Shown piece by piece: positions 53,232-59,911 of a stretch of 59,911 bases of DNA. A model generated the notes under the pieces. That model was given only the letters and a program-made list of their open reading frames with translations. It had not been told where the DNA came from and made no database searches. A program made the translations under genes and the position numbers. The DNA is from Candidatus Moranbacteria bacterium UBA2282 (GTDB lineage Bacteria > Patescibacteriota > Minisyncoccia > Moranbacterales > UBA2206), in the NCBI GenBank assembly GCA_002345745.1, contig DDWQ01000021.1, positions 1 to 59,911 of the forward strand. Direction: 5' to 3'. Position 1 is the first letter of the stretch. The number at the start of each line of letters is the position of its first letter.

Positions 53232-53399
53232 ATGAAATCAAAAGCAAATATTTTAATGGGGTTGTCAGTTTTGGCAGTCATACTTGCAGCAACAGATTTT
53301 ATTTTCAAAATGGATGTTATGACCCTTGCTGGAACACAATGGATCTTGATTGCAATCGTTTTTGGAATTTATGCACTTTTCGCTAAGGAAAATGCCTAA
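53232..53399 (+). CDS. Small (55 aa) two-TM membrane protein
   Basis: ATG at 53232 is preceded by GAGAGGTGA, one of the few SD-like sites in the window. The ORF is open from GTG 53148. Confidence 0.45.
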   Translation: MKSKANILMGLSVLAVILAATDFIFKMDVMTLAGTQWILIAIVFGIYALFAKENA

Positions 53400-53415
53400 T
53401 TAATGTTCTGTCATT

Positions 53416-54084
53416 ATGTCTAGAGTTATTGTGGATATTGAAACAATTGGTCGGGATTTTGAAGCCTACGATGAAAAAAGTCAGGCCTATCTTTTGAAAT
53501 ATGCGCAAACGGAAGAAGATCAGGAAACAGTAAAAAAAAGTTTGGCCTTGCACTCTTTGACGGGCGAGGTGGTGACCATTGGTATGCTCAATCCTGATAC
53601 TGGTAAAGGCGTGATACTTTTCCAAAATAAAGAAATGGAAATTGATGACTTTGAAGAAGGTGGATTATTGTATGAAACAGGAACGGAAAAAGAATTGTTG
53701 GAAAAATTTTGGGATATGGTGAAAACCTACAAGCAGATCATCACATTCAACGGTCGCGGATTTGATATACCATTCTTGATGATGCGTAGTGCAATTAATG
53801 GTGTGCGTGTTTCGCGTAATTTTATGGGTTATCGCTATAACCCCAAAGAGCATTGTGATTTAATGGAACAGCTGACATTCTATGGAGCTACGCGTAAATT
53901 TACATTGGATTTCTATGCTAAATCATTTGGCATAAAAAGCTCTAAAGATGAAGGCGTCGATGGTTCTATGGTGGGAGAATTGTATAAGCAAAAAAAATAT
54001 CTTGATGTTGCGAAATATTGTCATCGTGATTTAATAACTACCAAGGGACTATATGAGTATTGGAATAAATATTTAAGTTTTTAG
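53416..54084 (+). CDS. RNase H-like 3'-5' exonuclease (PolB-exonuclease-like, YprB-type)
   Basis: VDIET (ExoI), TFNGRGFDIPFL (ExoII) and H.DL....L (ExoIII-like) motifs. Confidence 0.65.
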   Translation: MSRVIVDIETIGRDFEAYDEKSQAYLLKYAQTEEDQETVKKSLALHSLTGEVVTIGMLNPDTGKGVILFQNKEMEIDDFEEGGLLYETGTEKELLEKFWDMVKTYKQIITFNGRGFDIPFLMMRSAINGVRVSRNFMGYRYNPKEHCDLMEQLTFYGATRKFTLDFYAKSFGIKSSKDEGVDGSMVGELYKQKKYLDVAKYCHRDLITTKGLYEYWNKYLSF

Positions 54085-54085
54085 A

Positions 54086-54571
54086 ATGAAAGATCGTGAG
54101 TTATATATCATTGCACATAATATTCGCAGTGCTCATAATGTGGGTGCAATTTTTCGCACTTGCGATGGAGCTGGTGTAACTAAAATTTATTTGAGTGGTT
54201 ATTCGCAACAGCCTGCTCTAGAAAATAAAGAAAATAAAACAAAGCCAGAAAAAATGTTAGAAAAAACAGCACTAGGTGCAGAGCTGAGTGTGAACTGGGA
54301 ATGTGCAGAAGACCTTTCCGAGCTAATTGAGAAATTGAAAAAATCTGGCGTAACTATTGTTGCACTAGAAAAAACTGCAACCAGTGTGGATATACGAAAA
54401 TTTAAGCCGTCCTTTCCAATGGCGTTGATTTTGGGGCATGAAGTTGAGGGTGTGAAAAATACTATTTTGGAAATTTGTGATGCGGTGATTGACATTCCTA
54501 TGCGCGGACAAAAAGAATCTCTAAATGTTTCCGTGGCCACTGGAATTGCAATTTATGAATTATTAGGATAA
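54086..54571 (+). CDS. SpoU/TrmH family RNA 2'-O-methyltransferase
   Basis: N.GAI.RT.DGAG, L.LG.E..GV and IPM.G...SLNVSVA.GI..YE motifs. Confidence 0.8.
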   Translation: MKDRELYIIAHNIRSAHNVGAIFRTCDGAGVTKIYLSGYSQQPALENKENKTKPEKMLEKTALGAELSVNWECAEDLSELIEKLKKSGVTIVALEKTATSVDIRKFKPSFPMALILGHEVEGVKNTILEICDAVIDIPMRGQKESLNVSVATGIAIYELLG

Positions 54572-54609
54572 ATGCTATACTGAATTTATTGAGGTATAAA
54601 TCTAGATTT

Positions 54610-55332
54610 ATGATAAAGAAAACAAAACTAGCAGTGTTTGATATTGACGGAACGATTTTTCGTAAAAATCTGGCTTTTGAGTTGATTAATGAGTTGGCTT
54701 GGTTGGGCATATTCAAAAAAGAAGTACGGACGGAATTATTAGCACATTATCGCAATTGGTTAAGTCATAAAGGAACATATGAAGATTATCGCAAAGCCCT
54801 TGTTAATTTGTATGCCGAAAATATCAAAGGCTGTCGGAAAGAAGATGTGGTGAAAGCTGCCAAGATAGTGATGCCATTCTATCAAGAACGGACTTATGTT
54901 TTTGCGGAAAATTTGATTAAGAAATTAAAAAGCGAGAATTATAAAATAATTGCCGTTTCTGGCTCACCGAGTGAAATTGTCGAAGAATATAATAAACATT
55001 TGAAATTTGATGCTGTTTTTGGTTCTGTCTATGAGGTGAATAAGGATGGAATATATACTGGTGGTTCTGTTTTCGAACCGACCAAAGGCAAGAGCCAAGT
55101 GGTCAGGCAGTATATGGCTGAAAATAACCTAAGTCTGGATGGATCATATGGCATAGGAGACACTGAATCTGATGTTTCAGTCTTGGAAATGGTGGAGAAT
55201 CCAATTGCTTTTAATCCAAATTTTAATTTAAAAGAAATTGCACAGAAGAATGGTTGGAAGATAGTTGTTGAAAAAAAGGATGTTATTTATGATTTAAGCA
55301 CCGGACCTGTTATGAGTAATAATTTAAAATAA
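54610..55332 (+). CDS. HAD-IB family hydrolase (SerB-like)
   Basis: DIDGTIF (DxDxT), SGS, K and GDTESD motifs. ATG at 54610 (the ORF is open from TTG 54589). Confidence 0.75.
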   Translation: MIKKTKLAVFDIDGTIFRKNLAFELINELAWLGIFKKEVRTELLAHYRNWLSHKGTYEDYRKALVNLYAENIKGCRKEDVVKAAKIVMPFYQERTYVFAENLIKKLKSENYKIIAVSGSPSEIVEEYNKHLKFDAVFGSVYEVNKDGIYTGGSVFEPTKGKSQVVRQYMAENNLSLDGSYGIGDTESDVSVLEMVENPIAFNPNFNLKEIAQKNGWKIVVEKKDVIYDLSTGPVMSNNLK

Positions 55333-55336
55333 GTTT

Positions 55337-55525
55337 ATGGTGGTATTAATTATTTTTGGCTTTATCCTTTTGGGAATTATTTGGTTGTTAGTGGAACTTG
55401 CTATGAGTTCTAATCTCAACTCTTTCTTGGATAAAAAAATTATGCGCAGAACAATCTGGTTATGGTTGCCAATCTATGCCATTTGGCGTTTGTCGAAAGA
55501 CATTATTTTTGATAAGAGAAAATAA
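55337..55525 (+). CDS. Small hypothetical membrane protein (62 aa)
   Basis: Two hydrophobic helices, tightly packed after the HAD gene. Confidence 0.45.
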   Translation: MVVLIIFGFILLGIIWLLVELAMSSNLNSFLDKKIMRRTIWLWLPIYAIWRLSKDIIFDKRK

Positions 55526-55533
55526 TGAAGCAC

Positions 55534-55570
55534 AAAAAAATCCTGTCAAACGATTGGCAGGATTTTTTTT
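55534..55570. terminator. Bidirectional rho-independent terminator
   Basis: ATCCTGTC aaacgatt GGCAGGAT (one G-U pair), flanked by A7 and T8. Confidence 0.8.
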
Positions 55571-55593
55571 GTGATTATAAATATTTCAAAAAT

Positions 55594-55938
55594 TTATTTC
55601 ACTTTCTCAATAAATTTAGCGAATATTGTCGGATTTTCCATTGCTAGTTGTGATAGGACTTTTCGGTCCAACTCGATTTTTTTGTCGAGCATAGTTTTGA
55701 TTAAGGTGCTGTATTTCATTCCAAGTTCGCGTGATGCAGTATTAAGTCTAATAATCCATAGTGCACGCATTGATCTCTTCTTAGCTCGGCGATCTCGATA
55801 GGCATAGACACCTGCTTTAATAACTGCTTGTTTGGCAGCTCTGTAGAGAGAACTTCTCTTCCAACGGTAACCCTTAGCATCTTCTAGGAGATTTTTTCTT
55901 CTTTTTGAAGCGGATACTCCGCGTTTAACTCTAGTCAT
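55594..55938 (-). CDS. rplT: 50S ribosomal protein L20
   Basis: MTRVKRGV.A.KRRK..L..AKGY start, YAYRDRR.KKR..R.LWI.R.N. Confidence 0.95.
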   Translation of the reverse strand: MTRVKRGVSASKRRKNLLEDAKGYRWKRSSLYRAAKQAVIKAGVYAYRDRRAKKRSMRALWIIRLNTASRELGMKYSTLIKTMLDKKIELDRKVLSQLAMENPTIFAKFIEKVK

Positions 55939-55943
55939 ATTTT

Positions 55944-55971
55944 TAGTTGGTAGTTGGTAGTTTTTAGTTGG
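55944..55971 (-). repeat. Tandem heptamers (CCAACTA on the coding strand) ending 5 nt upstream of the rplT start
   Basis: Plus-strand TAGTTGG at 55944, 55951 and 55965, with variant TAGTTTT at 55958. Confidence 0.7.
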
Positions 55972-56052
55972 TGGTTAGCGTGTTGTAAATCATTCTGAAT
56001 CACTGACTAATAACTGTAACTATATTTATTATTATTTAAATCCAAATGTTTT

Positions 56053-56262
56053 TTATCGTCGGCTACTTTTGCTTGGTAAGGCTCGTAACATATTTTTCTC
56101 ATCAGCTTCAAACAATCTAGCATCACCTTTTTTAGCCATACCTTCTCGACCTGTTTCCTTGCGATTGTAATGATTTTGTCCAGCTTTTCTTTTGGTGATT
56201 TTCCCAGTTCCAGTTACTTTGACTCTTTTAGCAACTGCTTTTTTCGTTTTTAATTTCGGCAT
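56053..56262 (-). CDS. rpmI: 50S ribosomal protein L35
   Basis: [24 protein letters not shown]. Confidence 0.9.
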   Translation of the reverse strand: MPKLKTKKAVAKRVKVTGTGKITKRKAGQNHYNRKETGREGMAKKGDARLFEADEKNMLRALPSKSSRR

Positions 56263-56383
56263 ATATTTCTAAACATCAAGATACAAGATACAATAACCAA
56301 ATAAATTTCAATAATCAAACTTTTGAATCTTGTTTATTGAAGTTTGTGATTTTTTTGTATTTTGTTCCTTGGTTATTGGTTAT

Positions 56384-56899
56384 TTAAACTTCGGGTGCAA
56401 TAATTGTATTAAAACCCCCAGGGTATCTTTTGATTTCTTGTTCAAGCTTGTAGGGGAATGTGATTGTTTTGATAAAATCTTCGAGATTTTTTCTAGCCAG
56501 ATCTTGATGAGCTTTTTCACGCCCGCGCAAGAAAATTTCAATTTTAACTTTTTGACCTTTTTTAAGAAATTTCTCAGCCATATTTTGTTTGACCTCCAAA
56601 TCATGCGTATCTGTTTTGAATCCAATGCGAATTCCCTTAATATCAATTTTCTTTTGTTTAGCTTTGTTCACTCGATCAAGTCGAGATTGTTGATATTGGT
56701 ATTTTCCATAGTCCATAATCTTACAAACTGGTGGTTTTGCCATTGGGGCAATTTCCACCAAATCCAGCTCTTGCTCTTGTGCAAGTCGCAATGCATCAAC
56801 TGGCGTCATAACACCCAATTGGTTTCCCGCATCATCAATCACTCGGATTTGCGGAACCCTAATTTGTTCATTGATTCTTGTAAGCGGACCTTTTTTCAC
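56384..56899 (-). CDS. infC: Translation initiation factor IF-3
   Basis: RINEQIRVPQIRVIDDAGNQLGVM, the C-domain, the infC-rpmI-rplT order, and a GTG start (a non-ATG start is typical for infC). Confidence 0.9.
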   Translation of the reverse strand: MKKGPLTRINEQIRVPQIRVIDDAGNQLGVMTPVDALRLAQEQELDLVEIAPMAKPPVCKIMDYGKYQYQQSRLDRVNKAKQKKIDIKGIRIGFKTDTHDLEVKQNMAEKFLKKGQKVKIEIFLRGREKAHQDLARKNLEDFIKTITFPYKLEQEIKRYPGGFNTIIAPEV

Positions 56900-56980
56900 A
56901 AAAGGCTTTCTATTTGGTACTCTTCTAATGATTTTGATATTAAATAATAAATACGGGGGAGTATTATCTCCTCTTTAGAC

Positions 56981-57009
56981 ACTATAAACGAATGACGTGT
57001 TATAGTCAA
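56981..57009 (-). promoter_or_regulatory. Promoter of the infC-rpmI-rplT operon
   Basis: On the minus strand: TTGACT (57009-57004), 17-nt spacer, TATAGT (56986-56981). Confidence 0.55.
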
Positions 57010-57041
57010 GCGAATATCATCGATAATAATAGATTTTATTA

Positions 57042-57060
57042 TGTGGAGATGATGGGAATC
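57042..57060 (-). repeat. 19-nt duplicate of the tmRNA 3' end (ghost att-like copy)
   Basis: TGTGGAGATGATGGGAATC is identical to 57119-57137. Confidence 0.85.
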
Positions 57061-57101
57061 CCTGCCTGCATGCCTGACGGTATGTAAACCGGCAGGCAGG
57101 G
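57060..57101. repeat. GC-rich palindromic element CCCTGCCTGC ... GCAGGCAGGG
   Basis: 10-bp arms and a 22-nt loop. It lies between the two copies of the tmRNA 3' end. Confidence 0.8.
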
Positions 57102-57120
57102 AACTCGCTAAGCGTTTTTG

Positions 57121-57529
57121 TGGAGATGATGGGAATCGAACCCATGTCCAAAATCGTCCATCTAAAACAATCTACAAGCTTAGTCTATCTATTGGATTTG
57201 AATGAGAGGTGATAGATAAACAAAACCCTCTCAATCTATTCCTAATGTAGTTTTATCAAATCAACTTAGAAAATATTGAAGTGACTATCCTGATTTTATG
57301 ACACCAAGATCCGCCTATCAGGAGTTGACGGTTTGATGACTACGGCTTTCTCGCGAAGCGAGAGTTAGGCTGTAGCAACCGCAAAATTTGAAGTAAATGC
57401 TTGCGCAAATACTGATTTTGCTTTTGTTATGAAGTTTGCACTTATAACTTTGATGAACGATTAATGAGGAGATCATCATTCTCAGCTTGCATATTTTAAA
57501 TGTACAATCTGTCGAAACCAGGCATCCCC
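57121..57529 (-). ncRNA. ssrA: tmRNA (SsrA)
   Basis: 5' GGGGAUGCCUGGUUUCGAC..., 3' ...GGGUUCGAUUCCCAUCAUCUCCA. The acceptor stem has a G3-U pair. The tag ORF GCA AAC ... GCC TAA (57439-57365) encodes ANFITKAKSVFAQAFTSNFAVATA. CCA is not fully encoded. Confidence 0.9.
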
Positions 57530-57535
57530 GGACCG

Positions 57536-57985
57536 CTACGCGGTAATTTTTAATTCACGTTTCATATTTCTTTCAACCTCTCTTTTGCTGATTACTTCGC
57601 GCTTATCATATTTCTTTTTCCCTTTGCCAACGCCAAATTCTAGCTTCAAGAGGCGTCTCTTAGTATACACGCGAATAGGCACAAGTGTCAAACCTTGCAC
57701 TTTCACTTTTCCTAATAAATGCTTGATTTCTGATTTTTTTAGGAGAAGCTTTCGAGCTTGAGTCGGTTCATAGTTTTTTAGCTCACCAGCGTGCTTGTAG
57801 GGGGTGATATGAGCGTTAGTTAGATAGAGTTCTGTTCCCTTGGCTGTAACAAAACTTTCTTTAAGGCTGATATGTCCCATTTTCACTGATTTCACTTCTT
57901 GTCCAGTCAAAACCAAACCAGCCTCATATTTATCTGAGATTTCGTAGTCAAAATTAGCGCGTTTGTTGAAAGCTAGAATAGTCAT
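57536..57985 (-). CDS. smpB: SsrA-binding protein SmpB
   Basis: N.RA.FDYEI....EAGLVLTG.EVKS.......L.ES pattern. The stop lies 6 nt from the tmRNA 5' end. Confidence 0.9.
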   Translation of the reverse strand: MTILAFNKRANFDYEISDKYEAGLVLTGQEVKSVKMGHISLKESFVTAKGTELYLTNAHITPYKHAGELKNYEPTQARKLLLKKSEIKHLLGKVKVQGLTLVPIRVYTKRRLLKLEFGVGKGKKKYDKREVISKREVERNMKRELKITA

Positions 57986-58025
57986 AGTATAAGTATCAGG
58001 TATTTTTGAATTTATATCAAGCTAC

Positions 58026-58034
58026 TGTGGATAA
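58026..58034 (-). promoter_or_regulatory. TTATCCACA 9-mer (DnaA-box consensus) between divergent promoters
   Basis: The plus strand reads TGTGGATAA. It lies 7 nt upstream of the -35 at 58042 and 5 nt from a minus-strand TTGATA. Confidence 0.4.
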
Positions 58035-58041
58035 CTTCAAA

Positions 58042-58070
58042 TTGACTTTATGTTAAAAATAGTGTATTAT
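58042..58070 (+). promoter_or_regulatory. Promoter of the secreted-protein cluster
   Basis: TTGACT (58042-58047), 17-nt spacer, TATTAT (58065-58070). Confidence 0.5.
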
Positions 58071-58109
58071 GAAAGTAGTGTAGTATAAAAATAGTGAAAA
58101 ATAAAAAAA

Positions 58110-58991
58110 ATGGTAAATAAAAATACAAAAAATGTAACAGCGATCACACTGCTTTTTTCAGCCATCTTAGGATTGGCTTTTTTTGTTTCTAAAGTCAACG
58201 CTGGAGTTGCGAATAATGTTACAGGTTGGTTGTGGGGTGGCAGTGATACAAATCTAGGTTGGATTAGTATGAACAATACTAATCAAGCTGGTGCGATTGA
58301 CTATGGCGTCAGTATCCCTGCAACTGATGATGCAGTGACTGGCTTTGCTTGGAGTGAAAATGTTGGTTGGATCGATTTTGCACCAGCGGGACCATATCCA
58401 ACAGTTGTAACAGGAGATGATTATCCTTATGCCACAAAACGTCTAGGTGATAGATTAGTAGGCTGGGCAAGAATAGTGAGCATTCAGCAAGCTGGAGCTA
58501 ATGCTGGCGGTTGGAGTGGATGGATTCGCTTGAGTTCCGATGCTAGTGATCCAATTGTCTATGGAGTAGATATCACAAAAATGGATGGAACTGGTGCAAA
58601 TCCAACGTATGCTTGGTCAAATGAATTTGGTTGGATTGATTTTTCTGGAGCATTGATAGCTGTAGCTACGCCTGGTGCTTGTGGAGATGCTGATACGCTG
58701 GGTGCTTATGCGGCAACAGATTCTGAATGGACTGCTGGAGGTTCTCGTAACGGCTATGCTTGTGTCGGAGATTCTGCAGTATCGACTGTTTCATTTCCAG
58801 CTGAAGGTGCTACTGTCACTTGGCTGTGTGGATCTGTTAATTGTTCAGGCTCTAGAGCTCTTGCAGGTTGTACTCCTAATGGTTGCGAATTGAATACTTG
58901 CGTTGGTGAAACTTGTGATGATACTTGTGAGACAAAGTCTGGAACTAAAAATTGCACAAATAATCACTGGCGTGAAGTTAGTCCGAACTAA
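58110..58991 (+). CDS. Secreted repeat protein (GWIxF repeats) with a Cys-rich C-terminus
   Basis: Signal peptide ...FFVSKVNA. Four repeats of W(S).N.GWI.F type. The C-terminal ~100 aa contain 13 Cys. Confidence 0.6.
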   Translation: MVNKNTKNVTAITLLFSAILGLAFFVSKVNAGVANNVTGWLWGGSDTNLGWISMNNTNQAGAIDYGVSIPATDDAVTGFAWSENVGWIDFAPAGPYPTVVTGDDYPYATKRLGDRLVGWARIVSIQQAGANAGGWSGWIRLSSDASDPIVYGVDITKMDGTGANPTYAWSNEFGWIDFSGALIAVATPGACGDADTLGAYAATDSEWTAGGSRNGYACVGDSAVSTVSFPAEGATVTWLCGSVNCSGSRALAGCTPNGCELNTCVGETCDDTCETKSGTKNCTNNHWREVSPN

Positions 58992-59047
58992 TTGAAATAG
59001 ATTAAACAATACACTTAAAATAAATTTAATTTATAAAAAACAAAGCT

Positions 59048-59344
59048 ATGTCGAGAACACTAAAAATAATAATTGCCGCTATAATTGCGATTGTCCTAAC
59101 AGTTGGACTGTTATATGTAAAACTGAAAAAAGAACAAGAGGCTAGTCCAGTAAATACCAATATTGAAATCCCTGTTGGGCCTGAAGATGCATCTATGGAA
59201 GAGCAAAAAATTCTCGAATCACTATCAGCTCCAGCAACAGAACAAGCAACAACTAATGCACAAGAATCTATAACTCAAGAAACAGCTCAGCCAGTAGTTG
59301 ATGAGCAAAAGATTATTGAATCACTATCAGCTCCAGTTAAATAA
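59048..59344 (+). CDS. Small membrane-anchored protein with a duplicated EQKI(L/I)ESLSAP motif
   Basis: N-terminal TM helix. No family recognised. Confidence 0.5.
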   Translation: MSRTLKIIIAAIIAIVLTVGLLYVKLKKEQEASPVNTNIEIPVGPEDASMEEQKILESLSAPATEQATTNAQESITQETAQPVVDEQKIIESLSAPVK

Positions 59345-59366
59345 TAAATTTTTAAATAATAAACAA

Positions 59367-59911
59367 ATGTTGCAAAAAATTAAAAAACTTACTAAAGAAA
59401 TCGGAGTCTTGTCTATCGGTTTCACTCTCGCACTGCTCATCACTATTGGTCTTTCCGTCTCCAATGCTTGGACCGAACCACCAGCAGCAGCTCCTGCAGG
59501 AAATCTTGGTGCACCAATCAATACTAGTAGCACAGGACAAATCAAAGCTGGAGGACTTTCTTTAAACTCAATTGGTGCGGTTAATGGTTTGATTGTGCAA
59601 AAAGGAAATGTCGGAATTGGGGTGCTTAGCCCAGCGTGGAGACTAGAGGTGGCGGGTGATATTAAATCAGGCGGAGCAAATACTTGGGGTTTTACTACAC
59701 CGGATGATGGAAGGACAAGTTTGTATTTTGGTCAAGGCGCCAATAACTCAATAGCAACTTATCCAATTGAATTTAAAGCTGATGGCGGAGCAAGGTTTAA
59801 TGGAAATGTTGGAATTGGAACAACCGCACCGTCGCAGAAATTGGATGTAGTAGGATATGTAAAGGGACAAACTGGTTTGTGCATCGGAAATGATTGTAGA
59901 ACTTCTTGGCC
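59367..59911 (+). CDS. Membrane-anchored surface protein, 5' partial (runs off the window), with GNVGIG(T/V) ... L.V.G repeats
   Basis: ATG at 59367 and open to the window end. The TM anchor is followed by AWTEPPAAAPAGNLGAPIN and tail-fibre-like GNVGIGTTAPSQKLDVVG motifs. It is absent from the ORF track because it has no stop. Confidence 0.6.
   Translation, partial: MLQKIKKLTKEIGVLSIGFTLALLITIGLSVSNAWTEPPAAAPAGNLGAPINTSSTGQIKAGGLSLNSIGAVNGLIVQKGNVGIGVLSPAWRLEVAGDIKSGGANTWGFTTPDDGRTSLYFGQGANNSIATYPIEFKADGGARFNGNVGIGTTAPSQKLDVVGYVKGQTGLCIGNDCRTSW

Noticed and set aside
56330-56947. 205-aa plus-strand ORF, the longest unexplained ORF in the track.
   Set aside because: It is exactly antisense to infC (56384-56899), whose identity is unambiguous. 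Its Phe/Cys/Asn-rich sequence is typical of the reverse complement of a Lys/Glu-rich gene.
1-59911. Alternative genetic code (UGA as a sense codon, as in Gracilibacteria/Absconditabacteria) or widespread recoding.
   Set aside because: All conserved genes read through uninterrupted with the standard code, and TGA ends several confident genes (e.g. KilA-N at 1162-1164 and GH1 at 47490-47492). The only in-frame stop found is the single TAA at 25160.

Overview
This is an AT-rich, gene-dense bacterial chromosome segment with about 55 credible CDS and one tmRNA. I found no tRNA, rRNA or CRISPR array. The standard genetic code applies: TGA, TAA and TAG all end long ORFs, and there is no sign of UGA recoding. 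Several features suggest a Candidate Phyla Radiation / Patescibacteria (Parcubacteria-like) genome, but this is inference only: a stand-alone rpoB-rpoC pair, many small membrane-anchored hypothetical proteins, mostly Shine-Dalgarno-less A-rich leaders, a giant repeat surface protein and a four-helix-bundle protein.

Housekeeping genes: rpoB, rpoC, ftsK, rodZ-like, recA, efp, rpsR-ssb-rpsF, ychF, trpS, rnj, secG, uvrB, infC-rpmI-rplT, smpB-ssrA.

Sugar and envelope genes: PMM/PGM, manC, cupin-type PGI, GT2, GH1, a clan GH-A hydrolase, an L,D-transpeptidase, a C39-like peptidase, an AmpD-type amidase, a LytR_C protein, and ApbE next to a ferric-reductase-like membrane protein.

Phage- or mobile-flavoured singletons: KilA-N, RhuM, a holin-family protein.

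Observations most worth a second look:
1. A gene of about 2,470 codons for a Kelch-propeller/FN3 surface protein is cut by one in-frame TAA inside a propeller blade. It sits in a tight module with a MerR-type HTH gene and a MacB-type ABC pair.
2. GC-rich palindromic elements are scattered in this AT-rich DNA. Two appear to be in-frame insertions in conserved genes (PMM/PGM and uvrB), and one is flanked by a 19-bp duplication of the tmRNA 3' end.
3. An array of about 200 nt of helically phased G-tracts faces a C-tract array upstream of, and again inside, a four-helix-bundle (23S-IVS-type) protein gene.
4. Regulatory-looking modules recur: a duplicated promoter cassette carrying the DnaA-box consensus TTATCCACA, a conserved CCCC...GGGG leader hairpin placed exactly 9 nt before two start codons, and tandem heptamer tracts abutting start codons.

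Every functional call rests on motif and family recognition by eye. No searches were run.
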